A DNA stretch of 64,000 nucleotides, from assembly GCA_036555485.1 (NCBI GenBank), contig DATBLG010000127.1:11152-75151 (forward strand), read 5' to 3'. Numbering within the stretch: position 1 is the first letter of the stretch; each line of letters opens with the position of its first letter. This DNA comes from Gemmatimonadales bacterium (GTDB taxonomy: Bacteria > Gemmatimonadota > Gemmatimonadetes > Gemmatimonadales > GWC2-71-9). Of this stretch, positions 28,715 to 37,194 are shown piece after piece. Both the position numbers and the translations under genes were made by a program. The notes beneath the pieces are model-generated. The model did no database searches. It saw only the letters and a list, made by a program, of their open reading frames with translations, and had not been told where the DNA came from.

Positions 28715-29257
28715 CTACAACGGCACTCGTACCGTAAGGCCGAACCGCATCGGCGGTCGGATGATACCCACGGCCCGGGGTGCGGGGATCGGCACGACCT
28801 CCCAATTGGGTGTTCGCACCACGGCGCCGATGAGCGTCCCGAGCAGGGCACCCGCCGGCACGGTAACCAGAAAGGACAGGCTGCAGAGCCCGCCGTATTC
28901 TCCGGCGTCCTTCAGGCAGTCCGACTTGGCGAGGAAACCGGTGAGGACGCCGGCCCCGGTGCCGATCAAAAAGCCGGTCCCGGCATGCCCGTGGGTGCCG
29001 TTGTCGAGGGCAACCTCCCGCACGTCCAGCCAGGCGAGCCGTCGTGTGTCACGAGCATCGAGGCGCAGCGTGAGGGAGTCGGTGTCCCAGGATTCCACTC
29101 GGCCGACGACTTTCTCACAGCGTCGACGAGTTTCCGTCACGCACAATAGGTCGAGACGGGCCAGCCGCCCGACCGCAATCGGCGACATGGCCTGACCGAC
29201 CACGGGGACGCCAACGGCACCGAAGAGGAGCATGCAGCATCCGAGACGCCATTGCAT
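28715..29257 (-). CDS. Hypothetical secreted/membrane protein with glycine-zipper segment
   Basis: I trimmed it to ATG 29257, which has GGAGG 7 nt upstream. It has a signal-like N-terminus and a GTGFLIGTGAGVLTG glycine-zipper-like stretch. Confidence 0.55.
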   Translation of the reverse strand: MQWRLGCCMLLFGAVGVPVVGQAMSPIAVGRLARLDLLCVTETRRRCEKVVGRVESWDTDSLTLRLDARDTRRLAWLDVREVALDNGTHGHAGTGFLIGTGAGVLTGFLAKSDCLKDAGEYGGLCSLSFLVTVPAGALLGTLIGAVVRTPNWEVVPIPAPRAVGIIRPPMRFGLTVRVPL

Positions 29258-29401
29258 GGAATTGCCTCCGTATTCGAGTGCCGCAACCTGGCGGCCTCTC
29301 CTCAAGCCGTTCTCAAGGCCGCCTCACCGTCTCCGGAACTGTTCGAGCGGCGCTAGTGTTCTCCAACAGGCGACACTTCCACCAGGACTTCAGAGGACAT
29401 C

Positions 29402-30301
29402 ATGTCGATCCGACCCATCAAGCGAGTCGTGGAGGCCAAGCCCACCGTCGAAGGTGCGGGCGTGAAGCTGCGCCGCGCCTTCGGCTTCGGCGATACCGGT
29501 GAGTTCGATCCATTCCTGCTGTTCGACGACTTTCGCAACGACCGTCCTGGCGACTACCTCGCTGGCTTCCCCTGGCATCCGCATCGGGGCATCGAAACCA
29601 TCACCTATGTGCTGGCCGGGGCGGTCACGCACGGCGACAGCCTGGGGAACCGGGGGACGTTGGGCGCGGGGGACGTGCAGTGGATGACGGCCGGCAGCGG
29701 CATTCTGCATCAGGAGATGCCCCAGGGGGATCCGCAGGGCAGGATGCACGGGTTTCAGCTGTGGGCGAATCTACCCGCATCCCTGAAAATGACCGCGCCG
29801 CGCTACCAGGACGTCTTAGCGCGCGATATTCCCGAAGTGATCGACGACGACGGCACCGCGGTGCGGGTCGTGTGCGGGAGTTTTTGGGGGAAGTCCGGTC
29901 CGGTGGATGGGGTCGCGACCGATCCGCGCTATCTCGACGTGTGGGTACCGGCGGGACACCGCAAGACGCTACCGGTAGAAGCGTCACGCCATGCGTTTGC
30001 CTACGTGTTCGAGGGTGCCGGCACGTTCCGCGACGCCTCGCAACCGCTCGCCGTCCGCACCGAGCGGATCGGGCCAGTCGAAGGCGTGGCGCCGGCAGAG
30101 ACCGGCAATCGCTCGCTCGTGCTGTTCGACAGCGGGGACGAGGTCACGGTCCAGGCGGGCGACCAGGGCATACGATTCCTGCTGGTGTCGGGGCAGCCGC
30201 TCGAAGAGCCGGTCGCCTGGTACGGCCCGATCGTGATGAACACCGAAGCCCAGCTGCGCCAGGCCTACGAGGAGCTCCGTCACGGCACGTTCATCAAGTG
30301 A
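29402..30301 (+). CDS. Pirin family protein
   Basis: 299 aa with a bicupin pattern: the N-terminal TVEGAGVKLRRAFG and the metal site HPHRGIETITYVL. Confidence 0.88.
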   Translation: MSIRPIKRVVEAKPTVEGAGVKLRRAFGFGDTGEFDPFLLFDDFRNDRPGDYLAGFPWHPHRGIETITYVLAGAVTHGDSLGNRGTLGAGDVQWMTAGSGILHQEMPQGDPQGRMHGFQLWANLPASLKMTAPRYQDVLARDIPEVIDDDGTAVRVVCGSFWGKSGPVDGVATDPRYLDVWVPAGHRKTLPVEASRHAFAYVFEGAGTFRDASQPLAVRTERIGPVEGVAPAETGNRSLVLFDSGDEVTVQAGDQGIRFLLVSGQPLEEPVAWYGPIVMNTEAQLRQAYEELRHGTFIK

Positions 30302-30302
30302 G

Positions 30303-32432
30303 CTAGGGCGTGGGACCGATCTGTGGCGCCCCCGCGAGGCCCACCGCATCCAGCATGAACGCGTACCGGAAGGCGACTTCGCGCAGTCGGTCGTAGCGCC
30401 CCGACGACCCGCCGTGCCCGCCGGCGAGATTGATCTTGAAATACAAGGGGTTCGACCCCGTCTTGCGGGCGCGGAGTTTCGCCACCCACTTCGCTGGTTC
30501 CCAGTACATCACCTGGGAATCGTTGAACGACGTCGTGACCAGCATCCACGGATAGACCTGGGCCGTGACGTTGTCGTACGGGGAATACTGCCGCATGTAT
30601 GCGTACTGCTCGGCGATGTGGGGGTTGCCCCATTGCTCCCACTCCTGGGCGGTGAGCGGCAGCGAGGCATCCATCATCGTGTTGATGACGTCGACGAAGG
30701 GCACATCCGCCACGACCGCCCGGAACAGGTCGGGGCGCTGGTTCGCCACCACCCCCATGAGGAGCCCGCCGGCGCTGCCCCCGTTGGCGACAAATCGGTC
30801 GGGGCTCGTGTATTTGCGGCGCACCAGATCCAGCGCGACGTCGATATAGTCACGGAACGTGTTCATCTTGTTCATCATCTTGCCGTCATCGTACCATTGC
30901 CGGCCCATCTCCTGGCCGCCGCGAATATGGGCGATGGCGTAAACAAACCCCCGATCGACGAGACTCAGGACCGATGAGTTGAACGTCGGCTCGATGGTGG
31001 CTCCGTAGGAGCCATAGGCGTAGAGCAGCAGCGGGCGAGTACCGTCCAGCGGGGTCCCGCGCTGCAACAGAACCGACACCGGCACCTGCGCGCCATCGCG
31101 AGCTGGCGCCATCACGCGCCGCACCTCGTACCGGCTCGAATCAAACCCGCTCGGAATCTCCTGCCGCTTCTTCAATTCCCGCGTCCGGGCCTGCAGGTCG
31201 TAGTCGTAGACCGAGCTCGGCGTGACGAGGGACGAATACGAGAACCGGAAGATCCGGGTATCGAACTCCGGATTGTTGCTGGGGAACACTCCGTAGGCGA
31301 CCGCCGGGAAGGTCACGTAATGCGTCTGGTTGGTCGCCACCTCCGTCACCCGTAGCCGCCGCAGCCCGCCCGAGCGCTCACTCACGATGACGTACCGCTT
31401 GAACGCGTCCACCCCTTCGACAAAGACGGAGTCCCGGTGCGGCAACCAATCGGTCCAGCTCGCGGGCGTCACACCGGTGTCCGGCGCGCGCAGGACCCGG
31501 AAATTGCGCGCCTGATCGTTCGTGTACAGCAGGAAAAAGCCGTCGGCGTGTTCCACACTGTACTCGACACCCGGTCGCCGCGGCGCGATCACCCACGGCG
31601 TCGTCGTGGGCGTCGCGGTCGGGATCACACGCCACTCGGACGAGGTGTAGCCATCTGCGGGAATGAACACGTATTTCCCACTGCGCGATCGGAAGACCGA
31701 CACGTCGTTCAGGACGTTGTCCTCCTGGAAGATCTTCGCATCCTGGCCCCGGGCCGTCCCGATCACGTGACGCCAGACGGCGTTCCCCCGTTTCGCGGAA
31801 TCGGCCGTCATGTAAAAGAAGGTCCGATTGTCATTCGCCCACGCGGTACCGTTCCACACGCCGACGATCGAGTCCGTGAGACGTCCGGAGCGGAGATCCT
31901 TCACGTACAGCGTGTATTCGCGGAAGGCCGTCGTGTCCTCGAGGTAGAGCAGGAGCTGGGCATCGGGGCTCACGTCGAAGCCGCCCAGGGCGTGGAAGTT
32001 CTTGCCGGCCGCGAGCGCGTTTTGATCGAGGAGGACTTCTTCGCGCGCCGAGAGCGACCCGCGCTTGCGGCAAAAGATGGGATAGGATTTCCCCTGCTCG
32101 GTGCGGGTGTAGTACCAATACTCGCCGTCTTTGTAGGGGACGCTGAGATCGGTTTCCTTGATCCGTCCCAGGATCTCCTCGTACAGCCGCTGGCGGAGCG
32201 CTTCGGTGTGCTGCGTGCCGGCGGCGGTGTAGGCATTCTCCGCTTCGAGGTAGGCCATGACCTCGGGGTTCTGCTTGTCGCGCAGCCAGAAATAGTCGTC
32301 GACCAGGATGTCGCCGTGGATCGTGTCCACCTTGGGCACCACGCGAGCGACCGGGGCGGACGGGGATTGGGCCGCGGCGCGAGGGGCCAGGGCCACCAGC
32401 AGGGCGAGCGCGGGAACGAATCGGATCCGCAC
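30303..32432 (-). CDS. ptrB: Oligopeptidase B / prolyl oligopeptidase family S9A
   Basis: 709 aa with a signal peptide, a beta-propeller, and a catalytic domain carrying the nucleophile motif GGSAGGLL. GTG start at 32432. Confidence 0.85.
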   Translation of the reverse strand: MRIRFVPALALLVALAPRAAAQSPSAPVARVVPKVDTIHGDILVDDYFWLRDKQNPEVMAYLEAENAYTAAGTQHTEALRQRLYEEILGRIKETDLSVPYKDGEYWYYTRTEQGKSYPIFCRKRGSLSAREEVLLDQNALAAGKNFHALGGFDVSPDAQLLLYLEDTTAFREYTLYVKDLRSGRLTDSIVGVWNGTAWANDNRTFFYMTADSAKRGNAVWRHVIGTARGQDAKIFQEDNVLNDVSVFRSRSGKYVFIPADGYTSSEWRVIPTATPTTTPWVIAPRRPGVEYSVEHADGFFLLYTNDQARNFRVLRAPDTGVTPASWTDWLPHRDSVFVEGVDAFKRYVIVSERSGGLRRLRVTEVATNQTHYVTFPAVAYGVFPSNNPEFDTRIFRFSYSSLVTPSSVYDYDLQARTRELKKRQEIPSGFDSSRYEVRRVMAPARDGAQVPVSVLLQRGTPLDGTRPLLLYAYGSYGATIEPTFNSSVLSLVDRGFVYAIAHIRGGQEMGRQWYDDGKMMNKMNTFRDYIDVALDLVRRKYTSPDRFVANGGSAGGLLMGVVANQRPDLFRAVVADVPFVDVINTMMDASLPLTAQEWEQWGNPHIAEQYAYMRQYSPYDNVTAQVYPWMLVTTSFNDSQVMYWEPAKWVAKLRARKTGSNPLYFKINLAGGHGGSSGRYDRLREVAFRYAFMLDAVGLAGAPQIGPTP

Positions 32433-32471
32433 GTCAGGGCTCCAATAGAGAAAGAAGTGGATGGCCTCGGT

Positions 32472-32795
32472 TCACTCGGCGAATCGCTTCCCCAGCTCCC
32501 CGATGATGGACTGGGAAAAAAAGCCGACTTGAAACGCCGCGCTGAAAATGAGCAGGGCTTCACCCATTTCGCGGACCCGCTCGAACACGAGACCATACAG
32601 CAGGATGGCAATCACGAACGAGACGAGGGCCGTGAGCAGGAATCCCTTCCAGTCCCAGGCGACTTTGGATTTGTCGACGGCCTTGAAGTAGCGAACCGCG
32701 TAGTCGTAGAGATACTTGCCGATCACTCCGGCGGCGACCCCCGAGAGAATGAGCGGGGCCAAGTATCGGGCGGCGAGGGCGGCCAGATCGATCAT
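32472..32795 (-). CDS. Small two-TM membrane protein (hypothetical)
   Basis: 107 aa from ATG 32795, with two hydrophobic helices and good third-position GC bias. The upstream part of the 228-aa track ORF looks non-coding. Confidence 0.6.
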   Translation of the reverse strand: MIDLAALAARYLAPLILSGVAAGVIGKYLYDYAVRYFKAVDKSKVAWDWKGFLLTALVSFVIAILLYGLVFERVREMGEALLIFSAAFQVGFFSQSIIGELGKRFAE

Positions 32796-32950
32796 ACTTC
32801 CGCGGGTGCCTCGGGCGGCTCCGGCTCGTCCGGCTTGGCTTCGGGCGCCTCTTTGGCTCGATCCAGTTTCCGTTGCCGCTTCTCCTCCTTTTTTAGCTGC
32901 CGGCGAAGCTCTTTCTGCCGTTTCTCGAATCCGTAGTTGTTTCTTGGCAA
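32792..32950 (-). CDS. Unannotated 52-aa Lys/Arg/Glu-rich small ORF
   Basis: It is not in the track because it is under 60 aa. TTG at 32950 lies 7 nt after GGGAG. The product is (M)PRNNYGFEKRQKELRRQLKKEEKRQRKLDRAKEAPEAKPDEPEPPEAPAEV. Its TGA overlaps the ATG of the 107-aa gene (ATGA). Confidence 0.45.
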   Translation of the reverse strand: MPRNNYGFEKRQKELRRQLKKEEKRQRKLDRAKEAPEAKPDEPEPPEAPAEV

Positions 32951-33066
32951 GTGACCACTCCCAGTCGGAGACAGGGCGGACGCCAGGTGGATACCAGAAG
33001 GTAGCCGGGCGACGCCGACGCGGGCAGCGTCTCTGGCGGGCCACTGGGGTCAGCACGCCGCGGCTA

Positions 33067-33762
33067 TCAGCTTCCCACCGGAGGTTGGTCGATTGACGGG
33101 AATCCCTGTTGTCGCTTGTCGATGCCGCGAACCACCTTGATGGCGCACCATGCGGCAATCGCGCTCAGGGCATCCACCGCAATCCCCACGTCCGTGAGGT
33201 TGCGCAGCTGATCGAGCGATTCGGCGTTGCGGGCCATGGTCATCGCTACTCGACCGACCATGCCACTCAGGAGATAACTACCCCACCACAGTGAAATGAT
33301 CGCCGGCGTGTTGCGACGCGCGGTCGTCCCCTCGCGGTTCAGTCCGTCGCTTCTCCACCAGAGATCGGCGACGATCTGGTAGGGACGGACCAGATTCACC
33401 AGTGGGATGAACCAGTATCCGATCGCCCACCCCGGCGTGAAGCGCGACTCGCGCGTCCCCACCAAGCGCAGGTTGGCGTACGAGCGATAGAGCCAGAACA
33501 GCCACGCGAGGGCCGTGACAACGAAGCCGAGGAACTGCAGCTGCCCGATGGCCGTGTGGCGGGTGTCGTTCGCGCTCGCGTCCTCGGTGGACAGCGCTTC
33601 CCCCGCGATGACGCGCAGCAGCAGGGCGCGCTGGGCGAGTCCGGAGCCCATGCCGAGGACGTCCAACACGAGGCAGGCGGCGAGCAGGGAGACGACCCAC
33701 CGGGCGCGCGAGCGCTGGGACTGGACGGGGTCGGTGGGGGCGGGCGGACCTAACGTCTCCAT
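33067..33762 (-). CDS. DUF4328-like polytopic membrane protein
   Basis: It matches the pattern WAIGYWFIPLVNLVRPYQIVADLWWRSD typical of the DUF4328 family, with several TM helices. Confidence 0.6.
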   Translation of the reverse strand: METLGPPAPTDPVQSQRSRARWVVSLLAACLVLDVLGMGSGLAQRALLLRVIAGEALSTEDASANDTRHTAIGQLQFLGFVVTALAWLFWLYRSYANLRLVGTRESRFTPGWAIGYWFIPLVNLVRPYQIVADLWWRSDGLNREGTTARRNTPAIISLWWGSYLLSGMVGRVAMTMARNAESLDQLRNLTDVGIAVDALSAIAAWCAIKVVRGIDKRQQGFPSIDQPPVGS

Positions 33763-33874
33763 ATGGGGTTAGGAAACATGGCGCCAACCGGCGCTGTGTG
33801 CACGGGTCTTGCAGTGAATAGCCCGTAGTGGGTTTGACCACTCCACCCGGTAACGATGCAAGCGGGAGGTCACT

Positions 33875-33973
33875 ATGACCCTTGTTGGCGCGTTGCTCGG
33901 GATCCTTGGGGTTGCGGTTTTCGCCCGCTGGCTGCTGATCGGCGGCGATGATTGGAAACACGGCAGGCGATAG
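33875..33973 (+). CDS. Candidate 32-aa hydrophobic mini-protein
   Basis: ATG at 33875 lies 5 nt after GGGAGG (33864-33869). The product is MTLVGALLGILGVAVFARWLLIGGDDWKHGRR, one TM helix plus a charged tail. It lies in a 282-nt gap on the strand opposite both neighbours. Third-position GC is only about 72 percent. Confidence 0.3.
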   Translation: MTLVGALLGILGVAVFARWLLIGGDDWKHGRR

Positions 33974-34044
33974 CCCGCGACTCCAAACGGATCCAGTCTG
34001 TTCCTCCTAGTGAATCCGTTGAGGTTACCGTCGGGGCCGCAGCG

Positions 34045-34674
34045 TCACGCGGTCCCCGACACTCCATCGAAGAATTCCACGGCGCCGGTTTCCAGGGAAT
34101 ACTCCGCACCGACGACCAGCAGGCCATCGTTCTGAATCAGCTGTTCGAGTACGGGAGACCCGTGCCGCAGGTGGTCCACAGAGGCGCGGATGTTGGTCCG
34201 CACGGCGTGCCGTACCAGGGCGTCCGCATCGTGCCTGAGGTCGGTTGCAAACAGCCCCTCAACCGCGGGTCGCACTCGGTCGACGATCGCCCGCAGGTTG
34301 TGGGACTGATTCTCGGTGGGCCGCCGCAGTTCTTCGATGGTGGCCAGAATCACTCCGCATTGCGAGTGGCCCAGGACCACCACCAGCCGCGTGCCGAAGC
34401 GTGCAGCGGCAAACTCGACGCTGCCGACCTGGGAGGGAGCGACGATGTTGCCGGCAACACGAATGACAAACAGGTCCCCGAGTCCCTGATCAAACACCAT
34501 CTCCGCCGGCACGCGCGAATCCGAACATCCGAGGACGATCGCAAAGGGCTCTTGTCCGTTGGTCAATTCCGCACGACGGTTGTGGCCAAGAAAGGCGTCA
34601 GGGCCGCGCACGTTCGAGACAAAACGGAGATTGCCTTGTTGGAGACGGACGAGGGCTGCATGCGCTGAAACCAT
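34045..34674 (-). CDS. Beta-class carbonic anhydrase
   Basis: It has the zinc-ligand motifs CSDSR and HSQCG. I trimmed it to ATG 34674 (MVSAHAALVRLQQGNLRF). Confidence 0.85.
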   Translation of the reverse strand: MVSAHAALVRLQQGNLRFVSNVRGPDAFLGHNRRAELTNGQEPFAIVLGCSDSRVPAEMVFDQGLGDLFVIRVAGNIVAPSQVGSVEFAAARFGTRLVVVLGHSQCGVILATIEELRRPTENQSHNLRAIVDRVRPAVEGLFATDLRHDADALVRHAVRTNIRASVDHLRHGSPVLEQLIQNDGLLVVGAEYSLETGAVEFFDGVSGTA

Positions 34675-34678
34675 CAGG

Positions 34679-35146
34679 CTAGTGCAGCCGCGCCAGGAAT
34701 CGTGCGTGGTCTCGGACAAACAGGCGACCGCCTCGGGCTTCCACGCAGAGCCCTTCAGCTTCGAGGCGCCGGCGTTGGCCCGACAGCCCGCCGGGGTACT
34801 TCTCGTTGATCTCCCCACCGGCCTTGAGCGTCCGCCAATAGGGCGTGACGCGCGTCGTGCCAAGGGCTTCGGCCTCGCCGGCGGCTCCGGCGGCGATCCG
34901 GGCGCAAATCCCGGTCACGATCGGGCAGGCGATGGTGGCGCGGTGCCGGCGCGCGAGGTGGGCTCGGATCTCATTGATCGTGGTGAGTTTTCCTTTGCGC
35001 ACCTGCCGCATCAAGCCATCCACCTCCCAGGGCGCGGGGAGGAGGATGGTGCCGGGTCCGAAACGACGCTTCATCCCGCCCGTCAACCGCTCAACCCGGG
35101 GGAAGTCTTTCGCGTCAGCGAGTTTCTCACGAAACGTCTTCTTCAT
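34679..35146 (-). CDS. MGMT/Atl-like DNA-binding domain protein (tentative)
   Basis: 155 aa from ATG 35146. The C-terminal half resembles the methylated-DNA-protein-cysteine methyltransferase DNA-binding fold (TPYWRTL in place of PCHRV), so it is probably non-catalytic. Confidence 0.45.
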   Translation of the reverse strand: MKKTFREKLADAKDFPRVERLTGGMKRRFGPGTILLPAPWEVDGLMRQVRKGKLTTINEIRAHLARRHRATIACPIVTGICARIAAGAAGEAEALGTTRVTPYWRTLKAGGEINEKYPGGLSGQRRRLEAEGLCVEARGGRLFVRDHARFLARLH

Positions 35147-35175
35147 CGCCCGTAATCTGCACGCTCCCCGATAGA

Positions 35176-35204
35176 TTGACCACCCCCGCGCCACGCGCTA
35201 AGTT
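35176..35204 (+). promoter_or_regulatory. Sigma-70-type promoter (TTGACC-17 nt-TAAGTT), predicted leaderless transcript
   Basis: TTGACC lies at 35176-35181 and TAAGTT at 35199-35204. The ATG at 35213 is 8 nt after the -10, with no SD. Confidence 0.5.
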
Positions 35205-35212
35205 CTTTCCCA

Positions 35213-35551
35213 ATGCCAACATACGAGTACCGCTGCCCCAAAGGGCATGCGTTCGAGAAGTTCTTCCAGACCATGAACGACAAGCGACGCGTTCGCTGCC
35301 CCACGTGCGGCAAGAGCGCCGAACGGATCATCTCGGGCGGCGCGGGCCTCGTCTTCAAGGGCTCGGGTTTCTACATCACGGATTACAAGCGCGCCGGCGA
35401 GAAGAAACCCGACGAAGGGGAAGCCAAGCCGGCCGAGACGAAGCCCGAGACCAAAGCTGAATCGAAACCCGGGTCGCAGGCCGAGCCGAAATCAGAACCG
35501 AAGTCCGAATCGAAGTCTGAGTCGAAGCGGAAGAAAGACTCCGGCAAGTGA
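35213..35551 (+). CDS. FmdB-family zinc-ribbon protein with Lys/Glu/Ser/Pro-rich tail
   Basis: It matches MPTYEYRCPKGH...CPTCG...GSGFYITDY, typical of FmdB/CxxC_CxxC_SSSS proteins. The C-terminal tail (EPKSEPKSESKSESKRKK) is encoded by imperfect 12-nt repeats. Confidence 0.8.
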   Translation: MPTYEYRCPKGHAFEKFFQTMNDKRRVRCPTCGKSAERIISGGAGLVFKGSGFYITDYKRAGEKKPDEGEAKPAETKPETKAESKPGSQAEPKSEPKSESKSESKRKKDSGK

Positions 35552-37191
35552 AGGCGCACGACACGTTGCGCGCGGCCCTCGCGAAGGCTGCGGCATCTCT
35601 CGGCGCGCCCTCCGTCGACGTGCTGCTCGAACGCCCGAAGGACCCTACCCACGGGGACGTCGCCACGAACCTCGCCCTGACGCTCGCGAAAACACTTCAG
35701 GCCAAACCGCGGGACGTGGCCTCACGGCTCGTGAACGCGCTCGACTTGCCGGCCGGACTCGTCACTAAGACCGAGATCGCGGGACCGGGATTCATCAATT
35801 TCTTCCTTGCCGCCGAGCAGCTGCACGCAATCCTTCCTGCTGTACTGACCGCGGGGGTTCAGTTCGGCCGTGGGGACGTGGGGAAGGGCGCTCCGGTCAA
35901 CGTCGAATTCGTTTCCGCCAACCCCACCGGCCCCCTGCACGTCGGCCACGGCCGCCAGGCCGCCATCGGCGACGCCATCGCCTCGTTGCTCGAATGGACC
36001 GGGTGGAAGGTGACGCGTGAGTTCTACTACAACGACGGCGGCACGCAGATCATGAACCTGGCGCGAAGCGTCCAGGCGCGAATCGCCGAGCAGCGCGGGA
36101 GGCCGTTCGAGATTCCAGAGGGTGGATACCACGGCGAATACATCAAGGAGATCGCCGAGCGCTACGTTGTCGCGAATCCGGGTGACCCGGAGGGACATGA
36201 TCTCGAGGATGTGCGCCGTTTCGTCGTGCAAGCGCTACGCGACGAGCAGGACAAGGACATGCAGGCGTTCGGCGTGAAGTTCGACGTCTACTTTCTCGAG
36301 TCGTCGCTGTACTCCTCGAGCAATGTAGAGAAGACGGTGCAGCGCCTCGTGGCCGCCGGCCACACGTACGAGAGAGACGGCGCGTTGTGGCTCAAGACCA
36401 CCGACTACGGCGACGACAAGGACCGTGTAATGAAGAAGTCGGCGGCCAAAGGCGGGGACTACACCTACTTCGTGCCGGACGTCGCCTACCACGTGACCAA
36501 ATGGGAGCGCGGATTCACGCGGGCCATCGACGTGCAGGGCGCCGACCACCACTCGACCGTGACGCGCGTGCGCATCGGGCTCCAAGCGCTCGAGATGGGG
36601 ATCGCGCCCGGCTACCCCGAGTACGTCCTGCACCAGATGGTGACCGTGATGCAGCACGGCGAAGAGCTGAAGATCTCGAAACGCGCCGGCAGCTACGTGA
36701 CCGTGCGCGATCTCGTCGACGAAGTGGGCGGCGACGCGCTGCGCTATTTTTTCCTGATGCGCAAAAGCGATTCACACCTCGTGTTCGACGTCGATCTGGC
36801 CAAGAGTCAGACCGAAGAGAACCCGGTGTTCTACGTCCAGATGGCGCACGCGCGTATGAGCGGCATCTTCCGGGTCGCCGGCCGCGCGCCCGAGACGGCG
36901 TCGCCCGACGGCACGGATCTCTCGCAGCTGCAGGAGCCCGAGGAGCTGGAGCTCATGATAGCGCTCGCCGAGTTTCCGGCTACGGTCTCGGCCGCGTCGG
37001 TCGCGCTCGAACCGCACCGGATCACGGGCTACCTCGAAGCCCTGGCCCGCACGGCCCACGCCTGGTATCACAAATTTCGCGTCCTGGGCGAACCGCAGGA
37101 GGCAGCCAGGCTGGTGCTGGCCCGAGCGGTGCGCCAGGTGCTCGCCAACGGCCTTGCGTTGCTGGGGCTCCGCGCCCCGGATCGGATGTAA
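35548..37191 (+). CDS. argS: Arginine--tRNA ligase
   Basis: 547 aa with the class I HIGH-type motif PTGPLHVGHGR, a KISKR (KMSK-like) motif and the DALRYF anticodon-binding region. Confidence 0.9.
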   Translation: MKAHDTLRAALAKAAASLGAPSVDVLLERPKDPTHGDVATNLALTLAKTLQAKPRDVASRLVNALDLPAGLVTKTEIAGPGFINFFLAAEQLHAILPAVLTAGVQFGRGDVGKGAPVNVEFVSANPTGPLHVGHGRQAAIGDAIASLLEWTGWKVTREFYYNDGGTQIMNLARSVQARIAEQRGRPFEIPEGGYHGEYIKEIAERYVVANPGDPEGHDLEDVRRFVVQALRDEQDKDMQAFGVKFDVYFLESSLYSSSNVEKTVQRLVAAGHTYERDGALWLKTTDYGDDKDRVMKKSAAKGGDYTYFVPDVAYHVTKWERGFTRAIDVQGADHHSTVTRVRIGLQALEMGIAPGYPEYVLHQMVTVMQHGEELKISKRAGSYVTVRDLVDEVGGDALRYFFLMRKSDSHLVFDVDLAKSQTEENPVFYVQMAHARMSGIFRVAGRAPETASPDGTDLSQLQEPEELELMIALAEFPATVSAASVALEPHRITGYLEALARTAHAWYHKFRVLGEPQEAARLVLARAVRQVLANGLALLGLRAPDRM

Positions 37192-37194
37192 CCA

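Noticed and set aside
33873-34127. An 84-aa minus-strand ORF in the 282-nt gap.
   Set aside because: It overlaps the 3' end of the carbonic anhydrase gene in another frame. It has no SD and an implausible composition (Arg/Ser/Trp-rich).
35455-35535. Imperfect 12-nt repeats at the 3' end of the fmdB-like gene.
   Set aside because: They simply encode a low-complexity EPKS/ESKS tail, which is common in this family. There is no evidence of independent function.
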